A stretch of DNA of 29,722 nucleotides from a virus (taxonomy: Duplodnaviria > Heunggongvirae > Uroviricota > Caudoviricetes), in IMG/VR virus record IMGVR_UViG_2740892236_000001, positions 1 to 29,722 of that record; one strand, written 5' to 3'. The translations under genes were made by a program, and so were the position numbers. The first letter of the stretch is position 1; each line of letters begins with the position of its first letter. Of the stretch, positions 25,901-29,722 are shown in pieces. The notes beneath the pieces were generated by a model that saw only the letters and a program-made list of their open reading frames with translations, did not search any database and was not told where the DNA came from.

Positions 25901-27506
25901 CGTCCTGAACCTCCAGAACGCCGCCATTATTAAGTCTGGTGCTATCTGTTTTAGCCTCCTTCTGGACAATCAGCTTACCGCCAGTATCAATGGTAGTATT
26001 TTTCGCCGAGGTTTTAGCCACTACCGTCAGTTCGCCGGTATTTTCCAGCACAACATAATTAGCCTCCCCTCCGGTAATAGTGAAGTGAGAGAGCTTGTTG
26101 TATCCTTCGATATCAGTCCCTGCACCCGTGTTGGCAACTAAAGCACCGCCCGTCTCCTGGTTAACCCCATGTGCAATACCGCCGGTATAGACAATCAGCG
26201 AGCCTCCGGCGCTAATATTGCTGCCAATTGCCGTACCATCTTTCTCAACAACCTGCCGGCTCCCGGAGGATATAATTGTTGTGTCAGCTTTCCCGCCGCT
26301 TTTGATATTTTGCGTTCCGCTGTTGATATTGGTGCCTGTGGCTATGCCATAATTATTAATATTCTGTGTGCCACCATTAATTATGGTATTTGTCGCGTTT
26401 CCTGCAACATCCATAACCCCGCCATTATCTATTCGGGTCGCATCAGCTTTAGCATTGGTTAAAACTGACATTGTTCCTTTATCTTTAATAATCGTCTTGT
26501 TTGCCGAACCATATGCGTTTATGTCTAAATGACCACCGTTTTCCAGCAACACATTGTCTGCCACGTGATTGTGGATGGAGAATGCACCTTCACTATTCGT
26601 ACCGCTCACCGTCGTACCGTTAGTGTTAGTTTTTAAAATTGCACCATCGTGCTGGGTAACATTTGTTGCCGTACCACCACTAACATCAAGCACGCCACCA
26701 GAATAAACTTCAATAACATCCGAGGTGCTGGTGTTATCAACAATTTGCGTGCCACCAGAATAGATATGCGTATTTTTTGCCGTTGACTTACTATTCAGAG
26801 ACTGAGTTCCGCCTTCAATCGTCGTGTCCAGCGCACGGCTCTCATATACTCTTTGCTCACCGCCATTTTTAATGGTTGTTGTTTCTACTGTGCTCTGTTC
26901 AACATACTGTCGACCACCATTTATGGTTGTGTTCGTTGCCAGACTTCCTTGTACTACGTCCTGAGAGCCAGACTTATTTATCGTTGTACCATCAGCATGC
27001 CCTTGAACTTTTACTATCTGGCTACCACCATCAATGAGTATTCCATTCGCACTCCCTCCCTCTACGCGTGAAGCACCGCCCTTAATTGTCGTTCCATTGC
27101 TGATACCCCCTTTATAAACGTCCTGATTGCCACTCTCGATTGTCGTACCTGTGGAAATACCCCCGTCATGAATTGACTGTCTGCCACCGTTAATGGTTGT
27201 ATTATTAGCCTGCCCCACAAAATTGTTATGACTTCCTATATCTTGATATCCACCAGATTCAATAAGACTTCCATTAGATACCCCGCCATGAACATTCTGC
27301 TGGCCATGGTTGATAATATGAGTGTTATTTGTTGTACCTCGTTCATCCACTTTTTGGTTGCCATCTACAGTCTCATCGTTTACCACACCAATAACATTAG
27401 TAGTGAAGGCAGCCATCCCGGGCGGGGCATATATCAAGGCAGATATCAATAAGGAAAGTACTGAGCGGCGACAATAATAGGGACTGGTCCTGTTCATAAA
27501 TTTCAT
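22917..27506 (-). CDS. large AIDA-I-type autotransporter adhesin (YpjA-like)
   Basis: C-terminal beta-barrel ending ...AGVNWSF, Pro-rich (PxPKPD) linker, long repetitive passenger domain. Probable start at MKFMNRTSPYYCRRSVLSLLISALIY (extended signal peptide); the track ORF extends to 27626. Resemblance to K-12 YpjA is from memory. Confidence 0.85.
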   Translation of the reverse strand: MKFMNRTSPYYCRRSVLSLLISALIYAPPGMAAFTTNVIGVVNDETVDGNQKVDERGTTNNTHIINHGQQNVHGGVSNGSLIESGGYQDIGSHNNFVGQANNTTINGGRQSIHDGGISTGTTIESGNQDVYKGGISNGTTIKGGASRVEGGSANGILIDGGSQIVKVQGHADGTTINKSGSQDVVQGSLATNTTINGGRQYVEQSTVETTTIKNGGEQRVYESRALDTTIEGGTQSLNSKSTAKNTHIYSGGTQIVDNTSTSDVIEVYSGGVLDVSGGTATNVTQHDGAILKTNTNGTTVSGTNSEGAFSIHNHVADNVLLENGGHLDINAYGSANKTIIKDKGTMSVLTNAKADATRIDNGGVMDVAGNATNTIINGGTQNINNYGIATGTNINSGTQNIKSGGKADTTIISSGSRQVVEKDGTAIGSNISAGGSLIVYTGGIAHGVNQETGGALVANTGAGTDIEGYNKLSHFTITGGEANYVVLENTGELTVVAKTSAKNTTIDTGGKLIVQKEAKTDSTRLNNGGVLEVQDGGEAKHVEQQSGGALIASTTSGTLIEGTNSYGDAFYIRNSEAKNVVLENAGSLTVVTGSRAVDTIINANGKMDVYGKDVGTVLNSAGTQTIYASATSDKANIKGGKQTVYGLATEANIESGEQIVDGGSTEKTHINGGTQTVQNYGKAINTDIVSGLQQIMANGTAEGSIINGGSQVVNEGGLAENSVLNDGGTLDVREKGSATGIQQSSQGALVATTRATRVTGTRADGVAFSIEQGAANNILLANGGVLTVESDTSSDKTQVNMGGREIVKTKATATGTTLTGGEQIVEGVANETTINDGGIQTVSANGEAIKTKINEGGTLTVNDNGKATDIVQNSGAALQTSTANGIEISGTHQYGTFSISGNLATNMLLENGGNLLVLAGTEARDSTVGKGGAMQNLGQDSATKVNSGGQYTLGRSKDEFQALARAEDLQVAGGTAIVYAGTLADASVSGATGSLSLMTPRDNVTPVKLEGAVRITDSATLTLGNGVDTTLADLTAASRGSVWLNSNNSCAGTSNCEYRVNSLLLNDGDVYLSAQTAAPATTNGIYNTLTTNELSGSGNFYLHTNVAGSRGDQLVVNNNATGNFKIFVQDTGVSPQSDDAMTLVKTGGGDASFTLGNTGGFVDLGTYEYVLKSDGNSNWNLTNDVKPNPDPIPNPKPDPKPDPKPDPNPKPDPTPDPTPTPVPEKRITPSTAAVLNMAATLPLVFDAELNSIRERLNIMKASPHNNNVWGATYNTRNNVTTDAGAGFEQTLTGMTVGIDSRNDIPEGITTLGAFMGYSHSHIGFDRGGHGSVGSYSLGGYASWEHESGFYLDGVVKLNRFKSNVAGKMSSGGAANGSYHSNGLGGHIETGMRFTDGNWNLTPYASLTGFTADNPEYHLSNGMKSKSVDTRSIYRELGATLSYNMRLGNGMEVEPWLKAAVRKEFVDDNRVKVNSDGNFVNYLSGRRGIYQAGIKASFSSTLSGHLGVGYSHSAGVESPWNAVAGVNWSF
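23857..23952 (-). repeat. tandem 6/18-nt repeat encoding the PDPKPDPKPDPNPKPDPTPDP linker
   Basis: Visible tandem GGGTCTGGCTTTGGAT-type repeats; the plus-strand 'GSGFGSGFGSG' ORF is its antisense image. Confidence 0.6.
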
Positions 27507-27899
27507 CCTCTGAAAAGTGAATACTGAGTAGCGTTTAAGCGACCTTAGCTTTGCTGCAACATCAGCCCACAGGCACCAGACCAGGGGATTCATCCTGAAG
27601 AGACAGCGCAAGTGTATTGTGTTCACCGCTCATCAAAGACATCATGATGAAATGATGATATTCCGCATAAGAATGAGGCATTTTTTAAACGCAGTGCGCT
27701 GAAGTGTGGTTGGATAAAAAAGTCAATCCATTCAGGAAATACGGGCGTATTCTTTTCTTTCGACAATGAGGCCGTTGGCAAAATAAAATGATTTACATAA
27801 TCGTTTCTGATGAATATCTTCTGCTCACATAAAAATCACACAATAACTTTGAGATCGCAGATTGTTTTACTTTTACAGCATTCGTCCCCCCATTGTTGG

Positions 27900-28135
27900 G
27901 CAAATATAGATTGGGCCAGAGCACGAAAGTTAATACCACGTTCGCACAGCTCCTCCAACAGCACGACAAGATGCCACATACTGCGCCCCAGTCGGTTCAG
28001 TTTACAGACTAGCAGTGCGTTCCCTGCCGATGATGTCCTGACCAGTTTTTTCAGTCCGGACCTCCTGCCACGGTTTTACGTTGAAGTGGTAACCCTGAGC
28101 ACGCAGTTCTTCAGTCAGGCGTGGTACACCGTAAC
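27900..28135 (-). pseudogene. serine recombinase (Pin/Hin-type invertase) remnant, frameshifted and truncated
   Basis: Manual minus-strand translation gives NRGRRSGLKKLVRTSSAGNALLVCKLNRLGRSMWHLVVLLEELCERGINFRALAQSIF, matching the conserved ...GDTLVVWKLDRLGRS...L..EL.ERGINF.SLTDSI core of Pin/Hin as I recall it. No intact N-terminus; stops and frame changes upstream. Confidence 0.5.
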
Positions 28136-28408
28136 GCTGTTATTGCTGGGTAAGATCAAAAAACTTTCAGGCAGCTAAGGAAAGTTGAACCAGACATTAG
28201 ATGAAATATTTCAACCAATTACAGCACCAATTCAGTCACTGCCAGCCCACCAAATAAATCAAGGGGTTACATGAAAACGTAGCCCCTTTTTCTTTGGTAG
28301 TGACACTAAAATGGATGTAGTGTGAAGAATAATCCCGTTTACTCAATCAATAATACATATTGTTTCAATCTACGTTATTATCTCTTTGTAAAAATTGCCA
28401 TTTATTAA

Positions 28409-29200
28409 TCATTGAAAACTGCTTTTAGAACTTGATACAACGGGACTAGTCACAACAGGACTATTCTCAACGGGATCATCCTCAGAGGAACTATCATCAA
28501 AGTCATCATCCATAAATAAAATATCATCGAATGGTGCCACGCCCGTGATGAGTTTTATTTTATTATTACGATCAGTCAATACTCCACTTAAACCGTTTTC
28601 GCTCACAGGTTTTAATGATTTTTCATTACTCTTGTTGTAAGCAGGCGCATTAAAAATACACGGAGTATCAACATCAAACAATGACGTTCCCCAGTTCACA
28701 TATTGAATATCATAGTTACTGAAGTTCTGTCCAGAAAAGAAGCACCCCTTAAAATCCAATCCACGTAAATTATATAAACCACCCTCTTCTTTTTGGAGAG
28801 TAATGTTAATTTTGGCTATCTCCCGGACATCATCGCCATTTTTGTATTTGAATACCGTTTCAAGATGTTCTCCAGACAGCTTGACTTCAGGAAATAATTT
28901 GAAATCAAAGCCTATATTATTATGTGTCAACGTAGATGAACAAAAAATGGAAAAAGCTTGCAGTGCTGAATTATAGCTATCGATTTTATCTTGAGGCTGA
29001 GCTCTTGGTAAAAACTTATAGCAACACTCATAAAAATTAAACAGAAGCTCTGAAGACCTTGTATTTTTATCAAATAATACCCCCTTGAACTCATTCACAA
29101 ACGCATCTTTTTTTTCTTGAATATCTATGGGGTGTTCCTTTGACTCTGACAAAGATGAAATCTCATCTATTTTGTTTTCATATGAATTACGTGATTCCAT
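28409..29200 (-). CDS. hypothetical protein with pentapeptide-repeat-like segment and acidic C-terminal tail; AT-rich island gene
   Basis: 263-aa ORF; NLRGLDFKGCFFSGQNFSNYDIQYV resembles pentapeptide repeats; C-terminus DDDFDDSSSEDD. Very AT-rich. Confidence 0.6.
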   Translation of the reverse strand: MESRNSYENKIDEISSLSESKEHPIDIQEKKDAFVNEFKGVLFDKNTRSSELLFNFYECCYKFLPRAQPQDKIDSYNSALQAFSIFCSSTLTHNNIGFDFKLFPEVKLSGEHLETVFKYKNGDDVREIAKINITLQKEEGGLYNLRGLDFKGCFFSGQNFSNYDIQYVNWGTSLFDVDTPCIFNAPAYNKSNEKSLKPVSENGLSGVLTDRNNKIKLITGVAPFDDILFMDDDFDDSSSEDDPVENSPVVTSPVVSSSKSSFQ

Positions 29201-29299
29201 ACAGACATTTGGCGGCGTTTCTAAAATAACACTACGCGTACTACTTGGCTTAAGTAAACCAACATGAAAATCACTTTTTCTTATATTATCGAAAAGGTT

Positions 29300-29608
29300 C
29301 TATTCATTTCTTTTAGCGCATTCAAAAAACTGATCGGCATTATTTTTATTCGATAATTTTTTAGTTTCAGAAAACACATTTTCATTGTTTTCCAGCTTTA
29401 GTTTAATGAGAAGATTTTCCCAGACCTGCTTGCTTAAACATATTACGTCAGGCTCACCAGAACTAACTAACTCGTGATTATTATTAAAGTGTACGTTGAA
29501 TACCTTTAAGTTATTTTCACCAACTTCATATTTAATACGTTTTAATTGTTCTCCAGCTCCCATAATGACAAAGGCGTTGCCTTCTTGATATATACATTCA
29601 GACATCAT
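29300..29608 (-). CDS. hypothetical protein (AT-rich island gene)
   Basis: 102-aa ORF in the same orientation and AT-rich context as the upstream gene. No family assigned. Confidence 0.45.
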   Translation of the reverse strand: MMSECIYQEGNAFVIMGAGEQLKRIKYEVGENNLKVFNVHFNNNHELVSSGEPDVICLSKQVWENLLIKLKLENNENVFSETKKLSNKNNADQFFECAKRNE

Positions 29609-29722
29609 TTTTTGTAAAGTTTCAAGAGCACCGCGATACGTCTCTGATGCAGCTTCCTGGTAATGACTCCAACTTATTGATAGTGTTTTATGTTCAGATA
29701 ATGCCCGATGACTTTGTCATGC

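Noticed and set aside
28085-28140. Minus-strand frame reading RYGVPRLTEELRAQGYHF, which briefly looked like an IS3-family transposase motif
   Set aside because: The adjacent frame gives a much better match to the serine recombinase core, and no further transposase similarity or IS inverted repeats were seen.
27810-28178. 122-aa plus-strand ORF
   Set aside because: Antisense to the serine-recombinase remnant; no family resemblance.
1-29722. Looked for CRISPR arrays, rRNA and intact tRNA genes
   Set aside because: No regularly spaced direct repeats with unique spacers, and no complete tRNA cloverleaf; the only tRNA-like segment is the truncated tmRNA 3' end at 22717-22754.

Overview
Most of this window (about 1-22,754) is the right-hand part of a P2/186-family temperate myovirus prophage; the last ~7 kb is a flanking island with a large autotransporter gene. 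The prophage runs, left to right: tail fibre and baseplate genes, a lysis cassette, head genes (L, M, N, O on the minus strand; P, Q on the plus strand), a cos-like site, an accessory hotspot, an SOS-controlled DinI-like operon, the replication module, a 186-type CII/Apl/CI switch, and a tyrosine integrase. It ends at a 38-nt segment that, from memory, is identical to the 3' end of E. coli tmRNA (ssrA), consistent with an att site. The most interesting candidate for an undescribed system is a two-gene, translationally coupled cassette (72-aa protein + 280-aa 3-TM membrane protein) at 12594-13654, sitting in the cos-to-replication-gene position where P2-like phages are known to carry anti-phage cargo. 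A second cargo gene (216-aa membrane protein in very AT-rich DNA) lies between int and att. All family assignments are by eye from the supplied translations and recalled family features; no database search was run.
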